A DNA stretch of 64,000 bases from Carcharhinus longimanus (Eukaryota): the NCBI GenBank assembly GCA_030264375.1, contig JASCQW010000148.1, positions 21,675,632-21,739,631 of the forward strand, in the 5' to 3' direction. The notes below the pieces were generated by a model. The model ran no database searches and was not told the origin of the DNA. It was given only the letters and a program-made list of their open reading frames with translations. How positions within the stretch are numbered: the first letter of the stretch is position 1; each line of letters begins with the position of its first letter. Made by a program: the position numbers and the translations under genes. Of this stretch, positions 25,783 through 39,050 are shown piece after piece.

Positions 25783-26812
25783 ACCTCTCAATTTGCACCC
25801 ATTCAAGTAATAATCTGTCTTCCTATTATTGCTACCAAAATGGATAACCTTACATTTATCCACATTACACTGCATCTGCCATGCATATGCCCACCCAGCC
25901 TGTCCAAATCACGCTGAAGCATCTCTGCATCCTCCTCACAGCTCAGCTTCCCACTCAACTTTGTATCATCTGCAAACTTGGAGATAATACATTCAATTCC
26001 CTCTTCCAAATCATTAGTATGTAATGTGAAAAGTTGGAGTCCTAGCACAGATCCCTCTGGAACCCTACTTGTCACCAACTACCAATCAGAAGAATACTTA
26101 TTTATGCCAACTTAGCTTTCTATTCATCTCAAGGGGTTGCCTGCAATTCCATGTGCTTTAAATTTATGTAGTATTCTATTATGTGAGACCTTGTCGAAAG
26201 CCTTCTGAAAGTCTAAAACAAACCACAGCCACTGGTTCTCCTTGGTCAACTCTATTAGTTACATCCTCAAAGAATTTCAGTAGATTCGTCAAGTATGATT
26301 TCCCTTTTGTAAATCCATGCTGAGTTTGTTTGATTATATCACTGCCTTCCAAATGCTGAGTTATGAAATCCTTGGTAATGAACTCTTGCAACTTCCCCAG
26401 TACTAATGTTAGGCTCACGGGTCTATCGTTCCCTGTTTTCTCTCTACCTCCCTTTTTAAATAGAGGGTTTACATTAGCTACCCTCCAATCTGTAGGAATC
26501 AGTTCATAGTCCAAAGAATTTTGGAAAATAACCACCAATGGATCTACTGTTTACAGGGCCAATCCCTTAAGTACTCTGGGATGAAAATTATCAGGACCTG
26601 GAGATTTATCCATCTTCAATGTCATCAATTTCCCCAAAACCATTTCTCTACTAATGTTGATTTACTTCAGCTCCTCACTAAAACTTGTTTTTCTCAAAAC
26701 TTCTGGTACGTTATTCATGTCTTCCTTTGTGAAGTCTGAAGCAAAGTACGAATTTAATTTTTCGACTATTTCTTTCTTTCTCATTATGAATTCTCCTGTT
26801 TCTGATTGTAGG
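25783..26812 (-). mobile_element. CR1 LINE reverse-transcriptase fragment
   Basis: ORFs give IPTDWRVANVNPLFKKGGREKTGNDRPVSLT, QHGFTKGKS.LTNLL.FFED, VPEGSVLG and SKFADDTKL (RT catalytic motif). Frameshifted. Confidence 0.95.
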
Positions 26813-29800
26813 GTACAATGTACGGGTCAGCCCCAAAGTTTTTCACCTGCTGGCCTAAGTGGAACCAGCTGGTTTTAAACCTCCCGCTGTTCCTTCCCTA
26901 TTGGGTGAGCCTCCTCTCACCTAGTAGGGGAGCTCATATTCTATGAGATCCACTGGGAGATCTATTGACCATCCCCCGTGGCCATCATAACACTCTTGGA
27001 GTTCAATATCAGACAACACTTTAGTTTGTTACTGCTTTGTAATAACCTCAGGCCATTCCTTCATTGTCACAGGGTCAAAATCCTGGAATTTGTTCTTAAT
27101 GGCACATGGAATGCAACAGTTCCGGAAGGTGGCTCACGACCATCTTCTTAAGCGTAACCCAACATGGGTAATAAATACTGGCCTTGCTAGGGATGTCCAA
27201 ATTACATAAATGAATTTTTTTAAATGTTTATCATGACAGATCTGATTATGGTTATTTGCTTAACAGCACAGTATGTGACTGTATTCTTTATGGGTGAACT
27301 TAGTTTTCAATCATAAAATGATGCAAAGTCTTCCAATTCAGTGTGCACAGAGCCCATTTTTAGACATTCTAGGTGGCTACTTAAAACAAGCATTTGTTTC
27401 TTAGCTCATTGTCAAGGTCAATTAGGGGTGGACAATAAATGCTGTCCCTGTTAGTGATGTTTGCATCCTGTGAACGAAAATCACAAAAAAATGAATGAAC
27501 TACTTAATGCTTCTTCAAAATTTGTTACTTGCAAGTGGGGCAGGTGTTGCACCTGTCCTATACAGGATTCTTCCCCTGCAACAATGAAATGAAAGTATGT
27601 TTATGTGCTTTGAAAGTGATAAATGCTTCCCCCTAACTCCATAGTCTTTGCAATTTACCTTCTCCCCACCCTGCAACCACCCATCCTCATTGCTCACTGC
27701 AACCACCCCCCCTCTCTGAATCTTAACAAATAGCTGCTGCCAGCAAGGCAAGCTTTGTGAAAGTGACTTTCTCATTGGAAAGTTGCCTGGCGAAGAGATG
27801 GCTGGTACTGGCAGCCCGTCCCCAAATATGGTTCAGGTACAATGGGGGCAGACAGAAATCTATCCTCTGGTGTTTATGGAGATACTGGATCTGTACTTGT
27901 CCTCAGTAATGAGGCATATGTAGTCTTTGGTCCATTACAGAAGCTATTGGAGCTGGAAGAGTTTCTCACAAAAGTTCCCAATTCCATAAAACCTGACTCT
28001 TAATAATTTCCTAACCCCTTTTGAAAAGTAGTAATTTAGTGCAGATATCAATATATTTTCTTTTCCAATGTAATAATTCAAATCTATATGCTTATTCCAG
28101 TGAACTGGCCACTGGAAAATTACGTGAACCCAGCAACCTGTAAGCTTTTCCATACATAATTTATTTTTAAGAGCCAAAAAGCAAGTTTTGAAATTGGACG
28201 TGCTCTTAATATAATTTATTTCAAAATATTGTTTGACATATTGGTTTTAGCATAACTTAGTAAGGTTTATTTTGTGACCGACTGTCAGTTTTTCATAAAC
28301 AATGTACTTTCTTCATTGCTTCTTAAAATACAATCTTCACTATTGACAGAAATGTAAACTTGGTAAGCAGTGAAATTGCACAATCTTACCTTAGATTGAA
28401 AATGCTGGGTCGTCAGCTGCCTAGTTCTTGAGAAGTTAAAAATTATGCAAGCAGTCATGAGCCAGAGGTGCCCTTGAGGGTTTTACTCTCTGAATTTCCA
28501 ACAGTTGCACTTCGTTAGGAGCCTGGTGGTGTTTAATAAGGAGGTTGGACTGCTGGCACCTCCACTGCTTATTTGTTCTCGGAGGGCTCCAGGGCTGCTG
28601 CAGTAAGCAGATCGGCCAGAGCTGATCATTACAAGGGCATACGCTGCCATGAATAAAAATGTCACAGGATTTCTGTCCTAAGCAGTGGAAAATGTCATTC
28701 CTGTCAAACAGATATTACAGGACTAGTGTGTAGTCAGTACAAATTGGTTAGTTGCATGTTCCCTGAGTTTTTGACATTCATAGATTAAGTCTGAAGAAAA
28801 AACAATGTTGACCTATTTATCTGTTATTGCTGATGTATATTTTTTTTTGCATGAAAAAGCATTTGTCAACTACTAATTAAAAATATTTCTGTAAAAAGTG
28901 AAGTAAGGTGATTTGTTCATGCTGACAGCAAGTATTTGACTAACCAATACAAGTGGGATATTGCAGGTGCTTTCTGTAATATCCCATACGTAGATAATGA
29001 TACATTGATAATGAGGTTTTTTTTTAATGGCTCACAGTTTGTCCAGCCAGGCCCAGCTTTTTACCTTCGCTGTGACTAGCTGAAGGCAAAGAAATCTATA
29101 CAATTTTTAAGTTAATTGATAAAGGTATCTTTGTCACTTGTTCTGTGCAGGCTGCTATTTTAGGTGCTGGACTTAATGAAGTAAATCGTCTTGAGATACA
29201 CTTGACATTTCATCCTCTGTTTCCTCTGGAAACATACATACCTCCCACTAACTGAGCTTAAATGAGAAAAAGCAAATGCTGAATACTCATGGTCATCTTC
29301 TGAGCTCATGGATAGTGTATAAGCAGATTGAAGTTAAACGAGGGGGAAGAAAAGAAAGTGTCAAAGCAAATATGATGCTACCAAAAATTGCAAGCTAATA
29401 AGAGAGAACAAAGTGCATGCAATTTGTTTTCTTAGAACCGGCTCTGATTGGATTCTTTGATTATATTGTCAATGTGCACAGGCTGCTAACGCTGGCTATT
29501 GATGAGATAAATGGTGAATATCGTGCAAACTCACCTCATGGCTCTGTTTGTTTTGTCGATCTAAGTCAGCCAGCGTAATAGGAGGCAATGTAACTTTTGC
29601 ATTTAAGTTCCTGTTTTGGTTGAACTAAATTCTAACAATAAGAAAAACATTAACCATCCTTTCTGGATGTTGACCATCTAATATTTTTGATGTTTTTTCT
29701 CTCTATTTATTAACAGTAAGGTTTGGTCTCCAACAATTAAATTGGAGCTGTGCTATTTTTTGTCTTTGGGAAGATTGTCCACAAGATCGGATGTTTGAGT

Positions 29801-31640
29801 TTCTGACCATGGAGATCAGATGATTTTTCTTCTATTGATAGGTGCTTGTCTCTGTGACATAAATCAATGAATTTCACCTCCTGGCCAGTCAGGGAAACCA
29901 GAAAAACAAAGCTATTCACTGGTGAATTTTTGCTGGAGTGGGACATGTAATGTCATCAGCTGTTAGATTGTCTTACCCTCCCTTATTTAAATGTGCAAAG
30001 TTTTTGTGTGACATGTTTCTGAAAGTGAGAACTGATAATTCTTAAGGAAACTAGGGCATCTTGAACCTGAGTGAATAGCACAAGCAACTGTGAATCTCCT
30101 TAACTAGTTACATTGAGGAATTGTGAAATTAGCACTACATGGACCAAAAGGGAAATGTGAAATAGAATGCATGAATTTGATGTCAAATCAAGTACAGAAA
30201 AAACAATGAATAGAGGGGGAAGAAAAGAGAGAGGAAAAAAAGAGACAAGGTTTTAATAAATGTAAATTTTGCATTTTTAAAATCAACAACAATCAAACAT
30301 TGAAGGAATATGACTCCATAATAGTTTATGTTAGCATCAGAACAGTTAGCTGGCAGTCATTAATACCTATCACACAGTTAAAATGGTAATTAGATTGGGA
30401 TGGGCAAGATGTAACTTACAGTGGCAATCTATCTATTGTGCAAATACAACAATTTTCATGCATCTCAACGGTGAACATTTAGGTATTCGAATTGATCCAC
30501 GCATATACTTCAGACCCGAAGTTGCTCAATAATTTCTCCATAAATAGCAGCAAGTGCCATGAACTGCCTGTCATTTTCACAAGAATTGAGCCACGAATGT
30601 GTAGAACCCGCTGCCTCTGGTTCTTGCTACAGGTGTGTATTTGCATCTTTTGCATATCTGATATGAACTCTCAGACTTTGGGCTTCACAGAATTGAACTT
30701 GCAGGATGCCATCTTTTCCCAAGGGAGATTTGGAGATGCCACGCCACAAACACCCAGTTTCATTTTAATATTTCAATTTTACTGAAAAGCATCCTGTTCT
30801 AAATTTTACATCTTTGAGCAAAGCCCATGCTTCATTCATAAAAGTTGAGTGAGCCTTATACTGACTCCTTAAAGGGGGGAGAGATAGGTTTTTTGATACT
30901 TTTGTTGGTTTTTATCTCCCCTTTGTTGCATGTTGTACCTCCCTGCCTTGTTGGGTTTTCTTCAGTTTTCGCACTTCTGGGATGTTTTCCCACTGGCATT
31001 TTGTTTCATTATTTTTGGTTTGGCATGCAAACGTACAAGAAACAGAACAGAAAGATTACTATGTAATCTGTTAGATATATAAAACAACCAGAGGGAAAAA
31101 TTATTTCTAACTCAGGAAAAATATTGGAAAATTCCTCTCATTCCAGAGGCAGTCAAGCAAAGTGGCAGGAGATGTAGTAGTCTATACCATGGCTTTGGTT
31201 AACCAGTACTTATCCTCAATAATTGAAAATGCCCTCTTGGCGTGCAAACCTGTCAAGTTTCCTTATAATGTCACACTGTACAGGGGTTGGGCATGGGTGG
31301 TTTTGAATGAACTACATAATTGAAATGAGGGACATGAGTTCCTGAAGCTACATTTGCTGGGTCATTTTGGTCAAGTCTGTCAGTGCCCAGGGACATACGT
31401 TTATTGACTCCCTCCACATTGTATCTTGGACATGTGAAAGGGAAAATGTTTTTGTCACCTCCAGTTTACTGATTTAATCACTAATGCCCTTGTATTCAGC
31501 TGACACCAGGTGGTTTTTAGCTCTAAAAGAGCCAACTTGCCTTGGTGCAATTCCGGCAGGAAGAGTCCTAAATTTCCAGTTTCAGGAGGAACATTGTTGC
31601 CCATCTCCATAGTGCTTTTCTAAGCAGTTATACACTGTGA

Positions 31641-31910
31641 GCGGCAGTGATGAAGTGGTATTGTCACTGGACTAGAAACCCAGGATAATGCTCTGGGAAC
31701 CTGGGTTCGAATCCCACCACATTTAAATTCAATAAAAATCTGGAATTAGGAGTTCAGTGATGACCACGATGATTGTCGTAAAAACCCATCTGGTTTTAAT
31801 CATCTAATGTCCTTTCAGCAAGAAATCTGCCATCCTTACCTGGTCTGGCCTATGTGTGACCTCAGAACTACAGACTGTCCTTTGAAAGGGCCTGGCAAGC
31901 CACTCAGTTC
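31641..31910 (+). mobile_element. tRNA-derived SINE of a third family
   Basis: A/B-box head (agtggtattgtcactggactag...ggttcgaatccc) and a body aaatctgccatccttacctggtctggcct unrelated to the HE1 core. Confidence 0.75.
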
Positions 31911-34900
31911 AGCAGGTAATTTGAGCTATAATCCTGTTCAAGGGAAATGCGTTCCCATTGTGATGCAGCACACCACCTGTGCTACTACCACTTGCTCCAC
32001 CAATTTTACAGAAATCATTAAATTAGGGCTATATTATTTTAAAGTAAATACATTTAATTGGTTGGGAGTCACACCACTGAGTTGCCAGCATCTAAAAAGA
32101 TGTGTCAGGTGGATGCCAGATACTTTCCAATGGAGTGAAAAGTAAAATTAGAGACTAATGCATATTGGACAGTCAAGTACACTTCTACTGGGTAGCAGGT
32201 TGCAACAGGTCTGTAAGTTGCTTGCATTCTGTGAAGGAGCATTAGCAAGAGGAGTACAGAGAATAGCCAAAAGACCTCAAAGACATCTGAAGAAATTATA
32301 AAGGAACTGTAAAAGTAATCTGGATAAGCATTCTCCTTTAGTATTATTTCTCATATCTCTGCTTCCTAAAATATAAATCACTTTCATTAAATTAAAAGCT
32401 TGTTTACAGTGAATATAAACTCTATTTTGATATCAAAATCTGTGTATAATTTGTCATAGTTACTTGATGTCTTAGTCTTATTCTGTGCTTCTAAACAAAT
32501 AATGCACATTGCTGAACAAATTAAACTTCAAGTGTCTAAATTTCTTTTGACTGTTGCGTTGACAGGCATAATGGAGTAAAAAGCAGGGTAGATCTATGAC
32601 ATATAGCTGAATTTAATTTTCATTGTTCCAGAAATTTGAATGATCTGAAATGCAGTCTTGACTTTTGTTTTAATATAACACACTTCAGTGAGTCTCTTTG
32701 CTATTAGGGCTGTTATTTGGCACCACTGCAGTGACCGTGATGCACAGACTGAGGCAGATTACTAATAAATCCTTTCAAGCATCACTAAAAATAGACTTTT
32801 TTTCTTCAGGTTTTATTGGTAAGCTGCTCATTGTAACAATTAATTAAAATGTTTCTTGAAATGTATGACATGGTATCATTTCTGTCATGTAAATGTAATA
32901 AATGATTCTTTGCATATTTCTAATACTGAGTTTACAAACCAGAATAAAGCCTATAGAATCGCAGAGCCTCAGGGTCATTTGCAGAGACGGAACTAAGGGA
33001 AAAAAACTTATTAGCAATTTCATACCCAAAATATAGCCTTGTCCTCGAAGGGTTTTATTAAATCCAGATGAAATCTGACCCTGTGCAGTTTGTGGATGAA
33101 GTCCCAAAGCATTGCTGGGGGGCGGGGGTGGGAAATAAATCTCAGACCATTCTTCCAATAAACTTATGCTTCATTTCCTGTTAGGTTCAATGATTGTGTG
33201 AAAATGATATTTCCACCTGTTTGTATTCAAGACTCCCTGGATTGTTTTGCAACATAGAAGGTTATTAATATTTGTGAACATTGAAGAACACATTTTAATT
33301 TGGGAAAATTAGAACTATACATTCTTGGGAAGAAAGGTCTCATCTTTTCGTTAAGTGACATAGTTTATTCTTCCAGTGACCTTGGATAATTAAATTGACG
33401 ATCTATTTTGAGATTCCATTTCAAATTTATTTTCATCTTTAACTGGCTTGTTTTTAGTCCAAGCTGTTTGGAGAGGTACTGGGTTAAAGAATTTGCTTTA
33501 AAAAAAATGTACAAATCAAATGAATAATAATTATGTGGTATTGGGAAAATGTACTCCTGGTCACAGTATTGGTTAGGATTTAATGATCTCTGATTTAAGG
33601 GAATGTTTGTTGCAATAATTTATATTTTGTTGGTATTTGTTTTCATTCTCCTGTGACAAACTCTTAATGTACTGGAATACAGTAGCTATGTTTGCTCTTG
33701 AAATGGAATAACTTTTATTATGTAGGTAAACAGACCAATAACATCTCTCAAACAGCATTGGAATGATTCCGTCTTTAGTGGTACCTGCCAGAAGTCTAAT
33801 ATTGGCCTGGATATTGGGAGAGGTTCCTGTTGTACAGCTAGTACTGCAGATTCTTTAACCTACATCTGAACAGACAGACCTCATTTTTCTTTGCTATCTG
33901 TATGACTGCATTTTGACAATGCAGCCCTTTCCAGCACTGGTACGGACTTTAAGGTCAAGCTGCAGTTGGATGAGGTTCTACTTCTAGCTCATGATCAGTG
34001 CCCAAAGTTTCATTGACACAAGATGTGGCATAACTTGGAAATCAGGTCAGTGATCTGACCCTCACGTGTACTCACATGCTGTGTACTATAATGGATACCT
34101 GGTGTGAAACCATATTTTAAAAGTTTTCACTTAGCTCACTGGTCCGCCTGGTGACATTCGTTAAACTCAAATTATTCAGGCTGGACTCGCATTAAAAATC
34201 AGTTGTCTAGAAAGTAAAACTGTACTGTTTACTTCTAGCACTAACTTGAGTTAGACCTGCTGCACAGGCTCCTCATAGCATTATAGCTTGGATTCGCCTT
34301 ACAACAGTCACTTTTTTCACAGATTCCATTATTTTAGCTATATAACTGAGAACACAATCAGAATTCAGAGTAAGTATGTGTCCCAATGACTGTTTAATTA
34401 CCCTGTTGCAGTTCAGGAAACTCATCCTTTTCCTTGTTAAGGGGCATGGGATAGGAATGCACTTCTTGCATTCATTTTGTTGGCCTTGGGTTTGACAAAT
34501 AATTGCATGATGTAACAGGGGAAAAAACACTTCAACATGGGAAGCTGCTAAAAGTGGAAACTGTTTTGAACAAAGTGAAAAGAAATGGGTCAAGTGTGTC
34601 CACATTAAAAAGTAGCCAAGGACCAAGTGGAGAAGAAAGAAGTGAGTGTGAATTTACATGATTGGAAAGATTGATCCATGTTATCTTTGTGAAGGTGGAG
34701 AAAATACAGTTCCTGCGTTCTTTATCATTGATGCTAAGCATCTTAAAACGAGACCATATTTTAGAGGAAGACTACATCAATTTTCTTGCGTAAAACCTTC
34801 TGCTCCCCCTAGATGAAGTGCTCGGCTATTGTAAACACAGTCAAACGGTCTGGCTAAATCTAGTAAAACTCATCAATGAGGAACAATAAACTCCAAGTAT

Positions 34901-35579
34901 CTTAAGAGTGTATTTCAGCTTGAGTAATTTTATTATGGAAAACCAGCATGTGCTAATACAGTATAGCTCCCAGCTTTCCTCGTATGAATATGGGATGTAC
35001 TGGATGTCATCCCCAGTAATGAAACACAGTGACATTACAATTGACAAGCCAAGCTGAATATCACAGAAATAGAACAAAATCCAAATAAATTCAGTTCAGG
35101 AAAGTTTCAATCTTTATTTGCACAAAACCAAATAGATTTAAATCATGATGTCTGCAGGAGCTACTTAATTTGATGAATACTGTACTCGTGATTTGAATAA
35201 AAATAATTGTGGTGCTCTGCAGCTTTACATGGAAGTGACACATTTTACAAAATTATGTATATGTATGTAAGGATTTCCACTGTGGGTTTTGACTGTTTGG
35301 TTTTTTTATTCCTTTCTCTTACTCCATAATTAAAAATAATGCCTTTTTGAAAGTTGGTGCAGGATAAATTATTTAAAAATATGTATAAGTTTGTTAAAGC
35401 GAGAGCCTATTGTGTCAGATCAAATTCTTGGTATGAATACATGTATTTGAGATAATGAACTCTCAACATGTGCAAATTTCAAACCTGTATTATTTTGCAA
35501 GTTGCTTGCATGTTTGTTTTTATTTTAATTGAATTGAAGATGCTTCTGTTCTGATGTTTAAGTTTCCACTTTGATACAG

Positions 35580-35639
35580 CCAGAGAGAGTCCCTCCACCT
35601 CGCCCTCCTCCTCCAAAGATAAACAGTGCTACTTTGCCC
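35580..35639 (+). CDS. DENND1A: DENND1A proline-rich 60-nt exon, phase 0-0, probably a cassette: PERVPPPRPPPPKINSATLP
   Basis: Acceptor tttccactttgatacag, donor CCC|gtgagt. Frame-preserving between the phase-0 junctions at 4227 and 42885. Resembles a recalled RPPPKI-containing cassette exon of tetrapod DENND1A. Confidence 0.8.
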
Positions 35640-36762
35640 GTGAGTAGACAGAAGTTGTGTGTCTCTTTAATTATGTTTAACACCACCTAAGTTGCTTTGC
35701 TGACTCTACTTACCCTTTTCTTCAGTTTGTGCTCTTTGGTCTTGTAGCAAGGGATTGGATCTTTGCTCAATTTTCTCTCAGATAGGTGTGAAACTTTGCT
35801 TCTTTCTTTGTCCAGTTCCTAATTCTTCTTGTGTTTGGTGTTGATTGTGATTGGCATTAGGGTAGAGCCATGGCAGAAATATTGCTCACTTCAGTTGACT
35901 CAAGAATCCTGGGTAACACCAGTGCAACTGATATGGAACACTTTAACGCCTGGATATCAGTCTCTAACCTCGACTGCATGCTTGGATTTGGCAGTTTGTG
36001 CTTAAACGCAGGAAACATGCATGTTGTACATGCTCAGAGGTGGCCTAACCTTTTCGCTGGGCTAATTGCATATTTATAATCTACAATATTCATAAGGTAT
36101 GTAGTCTTCTTAAATAGCTCCACGCTGCTGTATGCATGAGGTTCATTTCAAGGGGTATTTTGTAGGGGTGTTTTTGCAAGTATTCTGAGATGTTTTCCCA
36201 TTTCTCAATGTTCAGAGCTTTTGGAAAGTTAGTTCTGTGACTTGACCAGTACATTGTTGAAGTGAATTCTGCACATTCAAATGACTACAACAGAAGAAAT
36301 GCAGTCGGTGTGGTGAAGTAGTGTGTTACTAATCAAACAAAACATTGTCTGAGTAACATGACATACGTTGACAATGATTCCTCCACTCAGAAGCTCCTAT
36401 CTCAGTCACGATAGACAGTGGAGGCTAAATTCCTCCTCATAGGGAAGAAAGGAAAATCAGTTTATTACAGGATGGTGAAATCAGGGTGTGGAAACAGGTC
36501 ATCGATCAGCTTTTTGAACTACTTAAGATTTAAAATACAGAAATAACTTGATCCCAATATATAAATGATTGTGAATTGGAATTGTGTGCATTATTACACT
36601 ATTCAAATGCTAGACGTACAAGTAAATTAAGAAAATATTGTTCATTTCAACATGTTGTGTTGTCTTTGAGAAGTTTTTATGGTTTATCATTTGAATGCAA
36701 AAAAATCCAACTCACTGAAATATCATTCTTCAGACATTTTAGCTAATTGAGATATGTAGATG

Positions 36763-36838
36763 AAAGCAAATCCAAAGTGGCATAGAAGAAAATTATAGAC
36801 AAAGCAAATTCAAAGTGGCATAGAAGGAAATTATAGAC
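36763..36838. repeat. 38-bp tandem duplication
   Basis: aaagcaaatccaaagtggcatagaagaaaattatagac followed by aaagcaaattcaaagtggcatagaaggaaattatagac (2 mismatches). Confidence 0.95.
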
Positions 36839-38719
36839 AATCATGTCAATAATTTTCATCATTGATTTCATCTTTTATACGGTAACCCACTTTAGAATTA
36901 TCCTGCCTTTGAGGATCATTAAGGAATGTGTGATGCTCAGCAAGGAAGTCACAAGCAGTGAGCAGAATTTGTGCTAACCCATTAGCTGTAGCAATAGGGA
37001 ACCAACCATATTAGCTGACTGGAATAGGGACATGTTTGACCCTGTGCCCCAGGCTCTGCAATTTGCTCTTAATCCAAAGGACCAAAAGGACAGTTGCATA
37101 AATATTAGCTGAGATTTGATTTGAAAAGAAAAGCAAAAGCCAAAATGGTATCAATTAAAGAAATGAAAATTAATGGACTCCTGTCCTTTGTATAAGAGTC
37201 ATCATTATCATTGATTTTTACTATTTGCTCCAGTGTCTCAGCCCGCAGTGGATTCTGCACATTCTGCCAACCCTCACTCACACATCGCAGCAGGGCAAAT
37301 GTCATGCTTCTGCAGTACCATCACATCAACATATATAAAACCATTCTGATTTATTAGGTATGGTATAGTGGGATGGAATCTGTGACACCTGCTCAGGTAT
37401 GGTACCAAGTTTAATTTCAAACCGGTATAAACAGCTGACTTTGTGCATTATATCAGAAGGTCTGAAAATTTAGAATATATAACAGTATGATAGGCCTTTG
37501 ATTCGTCATGAGAGGAAAGAGAGCCTTCTTTCCACAGAAGTCCATTTAACATTTTACCTTTCAGTCACGTCACCAGAAATGGCTCACAACCTCATTGCAC
37601 CCAGATCTTTTTGAGTTCTGTTTCTGCATTCATGTGCCTGCCATGTCCCACTAATAACTCTGCTGTTTCACACATGCTTTTAGTAAACGCTGTAGTGGCA
37701 GTACTGAGATTTGGAATTAAAATTGAACAAGATGAGCAGGAACAATCACAGTCATTCCTTGTTGATATAAACATTACATTCACTTTCCTTACGCCAACTT
37801 GGCTGCTGCAAACATAAAGTCAATTCGTTATACCAACTCTGAGTCACCTAATATGGTTATATTAGAATATAGTCTACCTGTTAGTAAAACAACTTTTTTT
37901 TAAAACTGCAACTTCACTTTATTAAAATGAGTGCAGGGTGTGATGTGGAATTTTTTCAGTTTGATATTAATACCAATGAAAATCATGTGAATTAATCATA
38001 AAGATATCTTGCAGCACTTAATATGGTGCACACAGCAACCCTCCAGTGTCATTTCAGGAATAGCCAAAGGTTCTCTTCCTCTATAGTTTCATTTCTTACT
38101 GACATGTCCCCTTTTATAAGTAAAATTAATTATCTTTTTTAAGTATAAAGATGTTCATGTTGCACCTTATCCGCATTTAAGGAGTCCTTGGAATAAATTA
38201 AATCTAACCATATCATGTTGTGTTACTGAGTCAGAAAGGACTTATTGTTCATTAATGTTGGCACCACATAAACTCAGTGAGGTATAGAGCTGCATTATGT
38301 AGTGCAACACCCTACACAAGTTAAATCATTAACATCATATTTAAAAAAATCAGTGATATTTATTTTCATACTTTGAAACAAAAAGGTCAGTGTTTTGTGA
38401 TTATAGATTTAATAATAGTTAATCTCTGCAAATTTTGAATCTTTTCTAAGTACAAATTTGTTATGTAAAAGTGCCGTGCTATTATGTTGCTGCATGCATC
38501 ATAGTTGCTGCTATTTTGAACATAAGCTTGAATTTTATGTTTAATGATTAAATGTGAGCAGTTGGGTCTAAAGCAAATTCAGCTTTGCCCAGTTGGATTT
38601 GTCAGGTTCAGAACACTGTAGGGAATCTGCTTTTTTTTCTGACTTTCCACTGTAGTCCCTTTAGGCTATGGCTCCAATCCTTTTTTGCATTTCTCCCCAG
38701 ATATATCTGGTGTTGCTGA

Positions 38720-39050
38720 CACTAGTGGGGTAATCGCTGGCTTTTCAAAGCTCTGGCGGAAAGGTGAAAGTATTAGCAGCACGATGACAGGCAAGCTTCA
38801 CGCATCACCTTCCAGCTCAAGCTTAATTAAACAGCCTCTTTTCTCTTTTTTCCTTCTTCGTTCTATCATCCCTAATGAAGCAGTCTTTTCCATCGATCCT
38901 GCTGATTGCCAGGCCTCTCCTTTTGTTTGTTGGCACTGAGCCATTCAGCTGCGGTCTGACAGCTCAGCTCTGCTAATTAGCTCTGTTGTTCTTTTCCCCC
39001 ATGTTTCTCCCTGTTGCAAGTTCAGGCAAACTTGCCATAAACTTAATCCT
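38720..39050. promoter_or_regulatory. Candidate conserved non-coding enhancer
   Basis: Repeat-free and retains several CpGs. Contains TTAATTAA (38823-38830), GCTAATTAGC (38972-38981), TGACAG twice and ATCGAT. Conservation was not tested. Confidence 0.45.

Noticed and set aside
31641-31720. tRNA genes at SINE heads (here and at 9485, 11398, 17908, 60978)
   Set aside because: A and B boxes are present, but there is no full cloverleaf and each continues into a SINE body.
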